Source of the DNA: an uncultured Gammaproteobacteria bacterium
Lineage (GTDB): Bacteria > Patescibacteriota > Patescibacteriia > Patescibacteriales > UBA12465
DNA: 63,223 bases
Assembly (NCBI GenBank): GCA_964431235.1
Contig: CAYSJA010000022.1
Span: 1-63,223, forward strand
Reading direction: 5' to 3'
The position numbers and the translations under genes are program-made. Of the stretch, positions 35,457 to 44,610 are shown in pieces (position 1 is the stretch's first letter; every line of letters begins with the position of its first letter). A model generated the notes under the pieces. It was given only the letters and a program-made list of their open reading frames with translations. It was not told where the DNA came from and made no database searches.

Positions 35457-36758
35457 ATGGCTAAAAAGGTAAGGTTGGAGCTTTTAGCGCCAGCTGGTAA
35501 TATGGACAAATTAAAAACAGCTTTTTTATACGGTGCTGACGCGGTTTATTTAGGAGTGCCGGATTTTTCTCTTAGAGTGAGAATTAATGATTTTGATATT
35601 AAGGGTATAGCTCAAGCCGTTGAATATGCTCATAGTTTAGGGAAAAAAGTTTATATTACTGTCAATATTTTTGCTCATAATAGGCATTTGCCAGCTTTTA
35701 TTTCTTATTTAAAAAAGTTAAAGAGAATATCGCCTGATGCCCTAATAGTTTCTGATCCTGGAATTTTACGCTTGATAAAAAAGTATTGGTCTAAAGCAGA
35801 ACTTCATCTTTCTACTCAGGCCAACTGTACTAATTTAGAAGCAGCTCGTTTTTGGAAGGAACAGGGTATAAAACGGATAATTTTGGGTCGTGAAGTTTCT
35901 CTTTCCGAAATAAAAAAAATAAGTCGGGCCTTACCAGAAATGGAATTGGAATACTTTGTCCACGGAGCAATGTGTATGGCTTATTCTGGCCGTTGTTTTT
36001 TATCAAAATTGTTTGTTTCTCGCAGCGCTAATTTAGGTGACTGCATCCAACCTTGTCGTTGGCAATATAATATTGATCGTTATTTTATAAAAGCTGAGGG
36101 ACATGATGAAGAATTGGAATTAGTAGAAGAAAAACACGGTACCTATTTACTTAATTCTTATGATTTATGCTTGTTAAAAGAATTACCGCTTTTAGTTTCA
36201 GCAGGAATTTCCAGTTTTAAAATAGAGGGCCGAGCTAAAAGTGTTTATTATCAAGCTGTAGTTTGCGCTTCTTATCGTCGTGGTCTTGATTTGGTTTCTT
36301 CCTCTAAAAAAGATAGGAAATTTGTTAATGTTTTTAATTATTTATATAAAGAACTGGAAACGAAATTGGTTCATCGCGGTTATACCACCGGTTTTCTTTT
36401 AGGGGAAAAGGCGGGACAGAATATAAAAGATGCCAGGCATAGAAGCGCTTGGGAATTCTGTGGCCAGGTTTTAGCTAAAAAGAAAGAAAAAGGACAAAAT
36501 AATAGCAAAGATAATTTAATTTTTTTCAAAGTTCATAATACAATTAAGGTTGGCGATCAAATAGAGATTATATTACCCGGTTATAAAGTTATAAAAATTA
36601 AAGTAAAAGAGCTTTTTTCTAGTGATGGCATGAAAACGATAAGCGAAGCACATGGCGGCGGCGGCGGTGCCAAAGTTTTTATGTCTTTGCCAAAAAAAAC
36701 GTTGTCAGTGCCTGAATTAAGCGTAATAAGGCGTAAAATAAATAATAAAAATATATGA
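35457..36758 (+). CDS. peptidase U32 family protein
   Basis: LELLAPAGNMDKLKTAFLYGADAVYLG, EYFVHGAMCMAYSGRCFLS. Confidence 0.85.
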   Translation: MAKKVRLELLAPAGNMDKLKTAFLYGADAVYLGVPDFSLRVRINDFDIKGIAQAVEYAHSLGKKVYITVNIFAHNRHLPAFISYLKKLKRISPDALIVSDPGILRLIKKYWSKAELHLSTQANCTNLEAARFWKEQGIKRIILGREVSLSEIKKISRALPEMELEYFVHGAMCMAYSGRCFLSKLFVSRSANLGDCIQPCRWQYNIDRYFIKAEGHDEELELVEEKHGTYLLNSYDLCLLKELPLLVSAGISSFKIEGRAKSVYYQAVVCASYRRGLDLVSSSKKDRKFVNVFNYLYKELETKLVHRGYTTGFLLGEKAGQNIKDARHRSAWEFCGQVLAKKKEKGQNNSKDNLIFFKVHNTIKVGDQIEIILPGYKVIKIKVKELFSSDGMKTISEAHGGGGGAKVFMSLPKKTLSVPELSVIRRKINNKNI

Positions 36759-37336
36759 TAACTTTTTTAAAAGGAAAAATAATCGTTAAAACTGGTGTTT
36801 CGGTCATCATCAATGTTCATGATGTCGGCTACCAAGTTTTTATCGGTGAAAAATTTTTAAGTGGGCTGAAAGTTGGCTCTGAAGTTGATATTTATACTTA
36901 TCATCATATTAAAGAAGCATCTTCTGATTTATACGGCTTTGAGTCTTTTTCTGATTTGGAAATTTTTTCTCTTCTTTTGAGCGTATCCGGCGTTGGTCCC
37001 AAATCGGCCTTAGGAATTTTAAGTATATCTGAGGGTAATGATGTTAGCCAAGCAATTTTACGCGGTGATGCTGATCTACTAATTAAAGTTTCCGGTATCG
37101 GCAGAAAAACAGCGGAAAGAATAGTTTTAGAATTAAAGAATAAGATTGGGCGTTTGCCGGCGAATATTGGCTTAAAGCCGGAAGATTCTTTTATCGGTAG
37201 CGATGAAATAGATGCTTTAATGTCTTTAGGTTATTCCTTATCAGAAGCCAGGAATGCCTTATTAGAAGTTCCGTTGACTATAAAAGACAGCGGTAAAAGG
37301 GTTAAGGAAGCACTTAAAAAAATGAAAAAAGTTTAA
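36755..37336 (+). CDS. ruvA: Holliday junction DNA helicase subunit RuvA
   Basis: MITFLKGKI..., HhH motifs GVGPKSALGILS and VSGIGRKTAERIVLELK. ATGA overlap with the U32 gene. Confidence 0.9.
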   Translation: MITFLKGKIIVKTGVSVIINVHDVGYQVFIGEKFLSGLKVGSEVDIYTYHHIKEASSDLYGFESFSDLEIFSLLLSVSGVGPKSALGILSISEGNDVSQAILRGDADLLIKVSGIGRKTAERIVLELKNKIGRLPANIGLKPEDSFIGSDEIDALMSLGYSLSEARNALLEVPLTIKDSGKRVKEALKKMKKV

Positions 37337-37373
37337 CTTTACAAGCAGCTTTTTTTTAGCTAGGATTGATAAT

Positions 37374-38600
37374 ATGAAACAAACACAACTTTTTACCAGA
37401 ACAATTAAAGAATTACCTAAAGATGAAACAAGCTATAATGCTCAAGTTTTGATAAGGGCTGGTTTTATTGATAAGTCTGCAGCTGGTATTTATTCTTTTT
37501 TGCCTTTAGGTTGGCGGGTTTTAAGAAAAATAAAAGAAATTATTCGTCAGGAAATGGAAGCCATTTCTGGCCAGGAAATAAATATGTCAGCTTTGGCGCC
37601 TAAGGAGAATTGGCAGGCGACCGGCCGTTGGGAAAATTTAGACATTTTATTTCGTATTTCTGGTTTAGATAATAAAGAATATGCTCTTAATCCTACTCAT
37701 GAAGAGGTGGTTACTCCTTTGGCTAAAAAATTTATCTTTTCTTATCGCGAACTTCCATTTTCTGTTTTTCAGATACAGACTAAGTTTAGAAATGAAAAAC
37801 GGGCTAAAGCAGGATTATTGCGTGGCCGAGAATTTTTAATGAAAGATCTTTATTCCTTTCATAGTAATCAAAAAAGTCTAGATGACTATTATGAAATTGT
37901 AATTAATGCTTATCACCGTATTTTTGATCGTTGTGGCTTAGGAAAAAAAACCTATTTAACTTATGCTTCCGGTGGTAGCTTTTCTAAATATTCTTATGAA
38001 TTTCAGACGCTTACCCCGGCGGGCGAAGATTTAATTTATATTTGTCCGAATTGCAAAGTGGCGGTTAATAAGGAGATAATTTCTAAGCAAGATTCTTGTC
38101 CCTTGTGCGGGCGGAAGAAATTAATAAAGGAAAGGGCAGTGGAAGTAGGCAATATTTTTAAATTAGGAACCAAATTTTCTCAGCCCTTTGATTTGAATTT
38201 TCAAGATAAAGACGGAAGCAGAAAACTGGTTATTATGGGCTGCTATGGTATTGGTTTAAGCCGTATTTTAGGGACGGTAGTTGAGATATTTCATGATAAA
38301 GATGGTATTATTTGGCCAAAAAATATTGCTCCTTTTAAAGTTCACCTTCTTTCTTTGAATGAGAAAGAGATTGCCGATAAAGTCTATCAAGATATTTTTT
38401 CCAGCGGTATTGAAGTTTTATATGATGACCGTGATTTGTCGGCTGGTGAGAAGTTTGTTGATTCCGATCTTATTGGCTGTCCCTATCGTCTGGTTATCAG
38501 CAAGAAATCTTTAGCTTCTGGCGGAGCTGAATTAAAAAGGCGTGATAGCAAAAAGAGTGAAATAATTGAACTTGGCAAGATAAAGGAGTGTTTGGTTTAA
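37374..38600 (+). CDS. proS: proline--tRNA ligase (bacterial type, lacking the INS editing domain)
   Basis: Motif 2 FRNEKRAKAGLLRGREFLMKDLYSF, motif 3 GCYGIGLSRILG. Only 408 aa, with CPNC-x14-CPLC in place of INS. Confidence 0.85.
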   Translation: MKQTQLFTRTIKELPKDETSYNAQVLIRAGFIDKSAAGIYSFLPLGWRVLRKIKEIIRQEMEAISGQEINMSALAPKENWQATGRWENLDILFRISGLDNKEYALNPTHEEVVTPLAKKFIFSYRELPFSVFQIQTKFRNEKRAKAGLLRGREFLMKDLYSFHSNQKSLDDYYEIVINAYHRIFDRCGLGKKTYLTYASGGSFSKYSYEFQTLTPAGEDLIYICPNCKVAVNKEIISKQDSCPLCGRKKLIKERAVEVGNIFKLGTKFSQPFDLNFQDKDGSRKLVIMGCYGIGLSRILGTVVEIFHDKDGIIWPKNIAPFKVHLLSLNEKEIADKVYQDIFSSGIEVLYDDRDLSAGEKFVDSDLIGCPYRLVISKKSLASGGAELKRRDSKKSEIIELGKIKECLV

Positions 38601-38620
38601 TCGTAAATATTTTTATTCTT

Positions 38621-39661
38621 ATGTTTAACAAATTATTAAAAAAATTAAGCCATGATTTAGGTATAGATTTAGGAACCAGAAATACTTTGGTTTATTTAAG
38701 TGATAAAGGTATAGTTATTAATGAACCTAGCGTAGTAGCTATTAACAAAAAAACCAATGAAATTTTGGAAGTAGGCGAAGCTGCTAAAAAAATGGTAGGC
38801 AAGACTCCAAGCCATATTGAAGCAATTAAACCCTTGGTAGACGGTGTCATCTCTGATTTTGAAGTAACGGAAAAGATGCTTAAATATTTTATTAGCAAAG
38901 TACAGCGGGAAAATTTTTCCTTATTAGCTCGTCCCCGAGTAGTCATTGGTATACCGCTTGATTTAACTGAAGTAGAAAAAAAAGCAGTTGAGGATGCTGC
39001 TAAGTCAGCCGGTGCCCGTAAAGTATATTTGATAGAGGAAGCTATGGCAGCTGCTATTGGCGCCCGGTTGCCAGTAATTGATGCTACTGCCACCATGATG
39101 GTAGATATTGGCGGCGGTACAACGGAAATTGCTGTTATTTCCTTGGGCGGAGTAGTTACTTGGAAGTCACTTAAAGCTGCTGGTAATGAATTTGATAATA
39201 ATATTATTGAGTATATTCGGGAGGAATTTAATATCCTTATTGGTGAACAATTAGCGGAAAGCATTAAAATCGCTATTGGTTCGGCTGTTCCTTTAGAGGA
39301 ACCCCGGGAAATGGAGGTAAGGGGAAGAGATCTTTTAAGTGGTTTACCCAAAGCTGTTATGATAAATGATAAACAAATAAGAGAGGCGATTGATCGGACT
39401 ATTTCTAAAATTATAAATAATATTAAAACTATTTTGGAAACTACACCGCCGGAACTAGTTTCTGACATTTATGAACGTGGCCTTTATCTTTCCGGTGGTG
39501 GCGCTCTTTTAACCGGATTAGATCAAGCAATATCAAATGCTGCCAAAATTCCGGTTAAAATAATTGACGATCCTCTAACTTGCGTTGTTCGGGGAACTGG
39601 ATTACTTTTAGGAAACAAGGATATGCTGGAGAAAGTGGTCCTACCCTCTAATTCAGAATAA
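38621..39661 (+). CDS. mreB: rod shape-determining protein MreB
   Basis: LGIDLGTRNTLVY, MMVDIGGGTTEIAVISLGG. ATG 38621 is preferred over the GTG 38588 that overlaps proS. Confidence 0.93.
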   Translation: MFNKLLKKLSHDLGIDLGTRNTLVYLSDKGIVINEPSVVAINKKTNEILEVGEAAKKMVGKTPSHIEAIKPLVDGVISDFEVTEKMLKYFISKVQRENFSLLARPRVVIGIPLDLTEVEKKAVEDAAKSAGARKVYLIEEAMAAAIGARLPVIDATATMMVDIGGGTTEIAVISLGGVVTWKSLKAAGNEFDNNIIEYIREEFNILIGEQLAESIKIAIGSAVPLEEPREMEVRGRDLLSGLPKAVMINDKQIREAIDRTISKIINNIKTILETTPPELVSDIYERGLYLSGGGALLTGLDQAISNAAKIPVKIIDDPLTCVVRGTGLLLGNKDMLEKVVLPSNSE

Positions 39662-39683
39662 AATTAGATCATCAGCCGGATTT

Positions 39684-40493
39684 ATGATAAAAATAAAGAG
39701 AAAAAATCCTTTTATTGTCCTAGTGGTTATTTTTGGATTACTGATTTTTTTACATACTATAAAAGTGCTCCAGCCGATTGAGCGCCTTTTTTTTAATTTA
39801 ATTAGACCGGTAAGTGGCAACCTTTACAGATGGGGGACAAATATTAGCTTATCTTATGAAGAAAAGCAGGAAAAAGAAAAATTATTTTTAGAAATAGAGA
39901 ACTTGCGACAAAAAGTGGCTTCTTTAGCTATAGATAAAGCCCAATATCAAGAAATAGTTGAAGAGAATAAAAAGTTGCGTTCTCAACTTAATTTTTCTTC
40001 CCAGCACGATTTTGATTTTCTGATTGCTAATGTAGTTGCTAAAGAAGGAGTTTTTTCTTCATCTAATAGCCGGGATCTTATAATTGACAAAGGCAAAATT
40101 TCAGGTTTAAGAAAAGGTTTGGCGGTTTTAAGCGAGGAAGGAGTCGTTATCGGTAAAATAGTGGAAACAAAAGAAGAAAGTGCCCGAGTTTGTTTAACTA
40201 CTAGTCCTGGTTGTCAGCTGGCGGCCTCTCTACAAAATGAAGGTAAGACTCAAGGACTTACCAATGGTCATTTGGGTTTAACTATAGAAATGAATTACAT
40301 TCCTCAACTGGAAAAGATAAGCATCGGCGATATAGTTATTACCTCAGGGCTAAGTACGGAAATTCCCAGAGGATTAGTAATAGGCAAGGTGGCGGAAGTA
40401 AGGAGCGAGAGCAATGAAGTCTGGCAAACAGCTATTATTGAACCAATTCTTAATTTTGATAATTTAACTTTAATATCTGTAGTCATTCCTTAA
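39684..40493 (+). CDS. mreC: rod shape-determining protein MreC
   Basis: N-terminal TM, coiled coil, C-terminal IGDIVITSGLSTEIPRGLVIGKV. Located between mreB and mreD. Confidence 0.85.
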   Translation: MIKIKRKNPFIVLVVIFGLLIFLHTIKVLQPIERLFFNLIRPVSGNLYRWGTNISLSYEEKQEKEKLFLEIENLRQKVASLAIDKAQYQEIVEENKKLRSQLNFSSQHDFDFLIANVVAKEGVFSSSNSRDLIIDKGKISGLRKGLAVLSEEGVVIGKIVETKEESARVCLTTSPGCQLAASLQNEGKTQGLTNGHLGLTIEMNYIPQLEKISIGDIVITSGLSTEIPRGLVIGKVAEVRSESNEVWQTAIIEPILNFDNLTLISVVIP

Positions 40494-40496
40494 TTT

Positions 40497-41039
40497 ATGT
40501 TAAAACGGATAGAAAAAATTTTGTTTTTAATAGTTTTATGTCTATTTTTATCGATTTTGCAATTTTCTTTACCTAACACCCTAGCTGGCGCTGGCAAGTA
40601 TATTAATCCTGGCTTGATAACTTTGATTTTTATTATTTTTTTCTTTGGATTAAAATCAGCTTTTTATTTTATTTTTATATTTGGTGTTTCTTTAGATTTA
40701 TTGTCTTTTCAATTTTTTGGCTTTTATACAATTTCTTTAGTTGCCGCTACTTTAGCCGCCACTTTTGTTTTGCATAATTGGTTGACTAATAAATCTTTAT
40801 ATTCTTTTTGGGCCTTAATCTTAATTTCCGTGGTGGTCTATAATTTTTTTCTAGCTGGTCTTGATTTTGTTGCCTCTGGTCTTTCCGGCGGACTGGCTTT
40901 AGGACGGACGGTTTTTTGGCAAACGATCATTTTTGAATCAGGATGGGCGCTTTTGGCGGCCTCTTTACTGTTTAATTTATTTATTTTTTGGTTGAAGAAA
41001 TTTAAGCCTTTTTTTCTGGAAAACAAACAAGTGATGTGA
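40497..41039 (+). CDS. mreD: rod shape-determining protein MreD (polytopic membrane protein)
   Basis: 180-aa multi-TM protein directly after mreC. The call rests mainly on position. Confidence 0.6.
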   Translation: MLKRIEKILFLIVLCLFLSILQFSLPNTLAGAGKYINPGLITLIFIIFFFGLKSAFYFIFIFGVSLDLLSFQFFGFYTISLVAATLAATFVLHNWLTNKSLYSFWALILISVVVYNFFLAGLDFVASGLSGGLALGRTVFWQTIIFESGWALLAASLLFNLFIFWLKKFKPFFLENKQVM

Positions 41040-41078
41040 TATGATGGAATTATTAAGTTTTTTTAAATTTTTATTTCT

Positions 41079-42080
41079 ATGGTTTACGATTTTATCACTA
41101 TAGGCGGCGCTACTTTTGATATAAGTTTTTTTACTGATCAGGGGATAATAATTGATAATCCTCAAGACGTTTTGCGCCAGAAATTATTAGCATTTGAATA
41201 TGGAGCTAAGATAAGAGTTGATCGTTTTCATTATACTTATGGCGGTGGCGGTGCCAATACGGCTGTTAATTTTGCTAATTTTGGTTTTAAGGTCGCTTGC
41301 TTAGCGTCAATCGGCGGCGATACCAACGGACAAGCAATTTTAAAAAATCTAAAAGAACGCAAAGTAGATATTAGATTGATTAAGAAGATAAATAAAGAAA
41401 ACAGTGGTTTTTCTTTTATTCTTATTTCTGGCGGGGAAAGAATCATATTCACCGAGCGTGGCGCTAATCGGAATTTACGAATTAATTCTGAAGATATAAA
41501 AAATTTAGCTAAAGCGAAAAATATTTATATATCATCCTTATCTGGAAATTGGCTTTCGATTTTGCAAAAAGTATTTTCTTTAGCTAAATCAAGAGGAATA
41601 AAGGTGAGCTGGAATCCGAGTGAAGCTCAATATGCTAGCGGTTTAAAAAAATTAGCTCCTTTTTTGAAGTATACCCATATGTTTGCTGTAAATAAGGATG
41701 AAGCTACTGAATTAGCTTTAATGTCTTTAAAGAAAAATAGATTAAGTCGGAAGTTTTTGGATAATGAAAGAAATCTTCTTAAGATAATTAAGGATTTCGG
41801 TCCCAAAATTGTTATGATTACCGCCGGCGAAGAGGGCGCCTATGTTTATGATGGAAAAAATTTTTATCACCAGTCGATTTTAAAGGAGAAAAAGAAAGTA
41901 GATATGACCGGCATTGGCGATGTTTTTAATTCTACTTTTTCAGCCGGATTGAAAATGTATCAGGGAGATATTAAAAGTGCTTTGAAATTAAGTGTTAGGA
42001 ACACTGCTTCCAAAATTGCCCATTTGGGTGCTCAGAATGGTTTAATAAAATTAAAAAATAAAAAGAGTAATAATAAATAA
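41079..42080 (+). CDS. PfkB-family carbohydrate kinase
   Basis: GGGGANTAVNFANFG and DMTGIGDVFNSTFSAGL (the DTTGAGD-type motif). Confidence 0.8.
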   Translation: MVYDFITIGGATFDISFFTDQGIIIDNPQDVLRQKLLAFEYGAKIRVDRFHYTYGGGGANTAVNFANFGFKVACLASIGGDTNGQAILKNLKERKVDIRLIKKINKENSGFSFILISGGERIIFTERGANRNLRINSEDIKNLAKAKNIYISSLSGNWLSILQKVFSLAKSRGIKVSWNPSEAQYASGLKKLAPFLKYTHMFAVNKDEATELALMSLKKNRLSRKFLDNERNLLKIIKDFGPKIVMITAGEEGAYVYDGKNFYHQSILKEKKKVDMTGIGDVFNSTFSAGLKMYQGDIKSALKLSVRNTASKIAHLGAQNGLIKLKNKKSNNK

Positions 42081-42087
42081 TAATAAT

Positions 42088-42540
42088 ATGATAACCGGAG
42101 TAATTATCAAAAAGATACAAAAATATTATGATGAGCGTGGTTATTTAGCCGAGCTTTACCGCCAAGATGAAACAGATTATGATCCGACGATGGCTTATGC
42201 TAGCTTTACTAAGCCGGGTGTTATCCGTGGTCCGCATGAACATGTTTATCAGAGTGATTGTTTTATTTTTTTAGGCCCAGGAACTTTCCAACTCTATCTT
42301 TGGGATAGACGGGAAGATTCAGCTACTAAGGGAGAAAAGCTGGAATTGGAAGTTGGAGAAAATGAACCGACTCTTATTATTATTCCCCCTGGAGTAGTCC
42401 ATGGTTATAAATGTACCTCTGATATTCCAGCTTTCAGCTTAAATTTTCCAAATAAACTTTACAAAGGAGAGAAAAAAGAAGAAGAGGTAGATGAGATAAG
42501 ATGGGAGCAGGACAAGAATAGCCCTTATAAAATAAACTGA
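42088..42540 (+). CDS. cupin sugar epimerase/isomerase (dTDP-4-dehydrorhamnose 3,5-epimerase-like)
   Basis: YYDERGYLAELYR, RGPHEH, VVHGYKC. At 150 aa it is shorter than classical RmlC. Confidence 0.65.
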   Translation: MITGVIIKKIQKYYDERGYLAELYRQDETDYDPTMAYASFTKPGVIRGPHEHVYQSDCFIFLGPGTFQLYLWDRREDSATKGEKLELEVGENEPTLIIIPPGVVHGYKCTSDIPAFSLNFPNKLYKGEKKEEEVDEIRWEQDKNSPYKIN

Positions 42541-42563
42541 TAAAATTAAAATTATTTTGAGAT

Positions 42564-42959
42564 ATGTGTATATTCTGCCAAATAATAGCTGGTAAGATTC
42601 CTAGCTATAAGATTTACGAAGACGACAAGACAATTGCTTTTTTAGACATAAAGCCGGTTAATCCGGGGCATGTTTTAGTTATCCCTAAAAACCATGTTAG
42701 CAACCTAGAAAAAATAAATGAAGATGATTTGAAAGCACTCATTTTAGTAGTGAAGAAGATCGGTCAGCTTTTACAAGATAAGTTAAATTGCCCCGCTTAT
42801 AATGTTATTTTAAATAATGGCGAGATTGCCGGCCAGGAAATTTCTCATCTCCATTTTCATTTAATACCGCGTTTTAAAGGTGATGGCTTGAAACATTTTC
42901 CGCATAAAGAGTATACTTTGGGTGAGGTGGATGAAATAGTGAAAAAGTTGCGTTCTTAA
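42564..42959 (+). CDS. HIT family protein
   Basis: Histidine triad HLHFHLIPR. N-terminal MCIFCQIIAGKIPS. Confidence 0.9.
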   Translation: MCIFCQIIAGKIPSYKIYEDDKTIAFLDIKPVNPGHVLVIPKNHVSNLEKINEDDLKALILVVKKIGQLLQDKLNCPAYNVILNNGEIAGQEISHLHFHLIPRFKGDGLKHFPHKEYTLGEVDEIVKKLRS

Positions 42960-43016
42960 CTATAGTGAAATTAATATTTTGTTTTATATTTTTAAATCAA
43001 TTAATAAAATAATAAG

Positions 43017-43991
43017 ATGAAGATACTCGTTACTGGTGGCGCCGGTTTTATCGGTTCCAATTTTATTCATTTTTGGCTTAATAAGAATTCTGGCGACAGA
43101 ATAGTTAATCTTGATCTTTTGACCTATGCCGGTAATCTTGATAATTTGTGCAATGTTAAAAATAATCCTAATTATCAGTTTATAAAAGGAGATATCTGCG
43201 ATTTTAATTTGGTATCCAATATAGTAAAAGACGTTGATTTAATTGTTCATTTTGCGGCTGAAAGTCATGTAGACAGATCAATTAAAGACAGCGGCACCTT
43301 TATTAGGACTAATGTAGAAGGAACGCGTGTTTTACTTGAAGCGTCTAGAAGAGCAGGTGGTATTCGTTTTCATCATATTTCTACTGATGAAGTTTTTGGT
43401 TCCCTTAATATAAATAAAGAAAAGTTTAATGAAAATACTCCCTATTCTCCTCGTTCACCCTATAGTGCTTCTAAGGCGGCGGCCGATCATTTAGTCCGCG
43501 CTTATTTTCATACTTATAATCTCCCGATAACAATTTCTAATTGTTCCAATAATTATGGCCCTTATCAGTATCCAGAGAAGCTGATTCCACTTTTTATAAC
43601 CAATTTAATATTAGGAAAAAAGGTTCCTCTTTATGGACAAGGAAAAAATATTCGTGATTGGATTCATGTAAATGATCATAACCGCGGTTTGGAGCTTATT
43701 ATCAAGCAAGGAAAAATCGGGGAAACTTATTGTTTGGGAGGAGGTAATGAAAAAAATAATTTAGAGATAAGTAGAGCCATTTTAAAAATTATGGGCCAAA
43801 AAGAAGAAATGATTGAATATGTCTCTGATCGACCCGGACATGATTTGCGCTATGCGATTGATTTTTCCAAAGCTAAACAAGAGCTGGGCTTTAAACCTAA
43901 ATATTCTTTTAATAAAGGTTTAAAAGAGACGGTCATTTGGTACCATAAAAACCGGGCTTGGTGGGAAAAGGTAAAATTAAATAAAAAATAA
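43017..43991 (+). CDS. rfbB: dTDP-glucose 4,6-dehydratase
   Basis: VTGGAGFIGSNFIH, YSASKAAADHLVRAY, HISTDEVFG. Confidence 0.9.
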   Translation: MKILVTGGAGFIGSNFIHFWLNKNSGDRIVNLDLLTYAGNLDNLCNVKNNPNYQFIKGDICDFNLVSNIVKDVDLIVHFAAESHVDRSIKDSGTFIRTNVEGTRVLLEASRRAGGIRFHHISTDEVFGSLNINKEKFNENTPYSPRSPYSASKAAADHLVRAYFHTYNLPITISNCSNNYGPYQYPEKLIPLFITNLILGKKVPLYGQGKNIRDWIHVNDHNRGLELIIKQGKIGETYCLGGGNEKNNLEISRAILKIMGQKEEMIEYVSDRPGHDLRYAIDFSKAKQELGFKPKYSFNKGLKETVIWYHKNRAWWEKVKLNKK

Positions 43992-43997
43992 ATTATT

Positions 43998-44444
43998 ATG
44001 GCAGACAAAAAAATTTTTATCATTGAAGACGATATCAATTTACTTTATGGCCTGGAAGCGCAGTTTAATGGCGCTGGTTTGATTGTGGAGATAAGCGGAG
44101 CCGAAGAAGAAGAGGAAGAGCTTTTAAATCGTTTACGCTCATTTAATCCCGATTATATTGTACTGGATTTAATTTTACCTAAAATAGAAGGTTTTGAATT
44201 ACTTAAAAAAATTAAAATGGATGATGAGTTGGGAGAAAAGAAAATTTTTATCTTTACCGATCTCAGCGATGAGGACAGTCGCCAGCGCAGTTTGAAAATG
44301 GGAGCAGATTATGTTTTTTTTAAGGAAGATTTTGATACTTTCTCTTTTTCTGAAAAAGTGATGAAAATAGTTAAGAACCAAAGAAAAGCTAATTTGATTG
44401 ATGAGGATGAAGAGCAGGATTTTGATCTGGTTACAAATATATAA
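43998..44444 (+). CDS. stand-alone response-regulator receiver (CheY-like)
   Basis: IIEDD acidic pair, IVLDLILP phospho-acceptor Asp, FTDL, KMGADY. No output domain; acidic tail. Confidence 0.8.
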   Translation: MADKKIFIIEDDINLLYGLEAQFNGAGLIVEISGAEEEEEELLNRLRSFNPDYIVLDLILPKIEGFELLKKIKMDDELGEKKIFIFTDLSDEDSRQRSLKMGADYVFFKEDFDTFSFSEKVMKIVKNQRKANLIDEDEEQDFDLVTNI

Positions 44445-44553
44445 TTTTATAAACAGGCATGCAAAAAGGTAGTTGTAGAGCCGGATTTATTATTTATTTG
44501 GAAAAAATTATAAGAAATATTAAAGCCATTAACTATATAATTTTTATTAGGTA

Positions 44554-44582
44554 TTGACTAAAATTAGCTAAATAGGTAGAAT
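44554..44582 (+). promoter_or_regulatory. sigma70-type promoter of mreB paralogue 2
   Basis: TTGACT-N17-TAGAAT. Confidence 0.55.
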
Positions 44583-44610
44583 AAATAGTTGTAGATAGTT
44601 TAAAAATATC

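Noticed and set aside
38588-38620. A GTG start for mreB at 38588 inside proS, the 25925 start for the DUF3850 gene inside secA, and the 45619 start for the GT4.
   Set aside because: Each extension overlaps the preceding gene or, at 45621-45645, a terminator hairpin, and adds non-homologous residues. Downstream ATGs at 38621, 25982 and 45646 give canonical N-termini.
44459-44557. A 32-codon ORF (MQKGSCRAGFIIYLEKIIRNIKAINYIIFIRY) in the spacer before mreB paralogue 2.
   Set aside because: It has no SD sequence, it overlaps the -35 box of the mreB2 promoter, and its composition is typical of AT-rich spacer.
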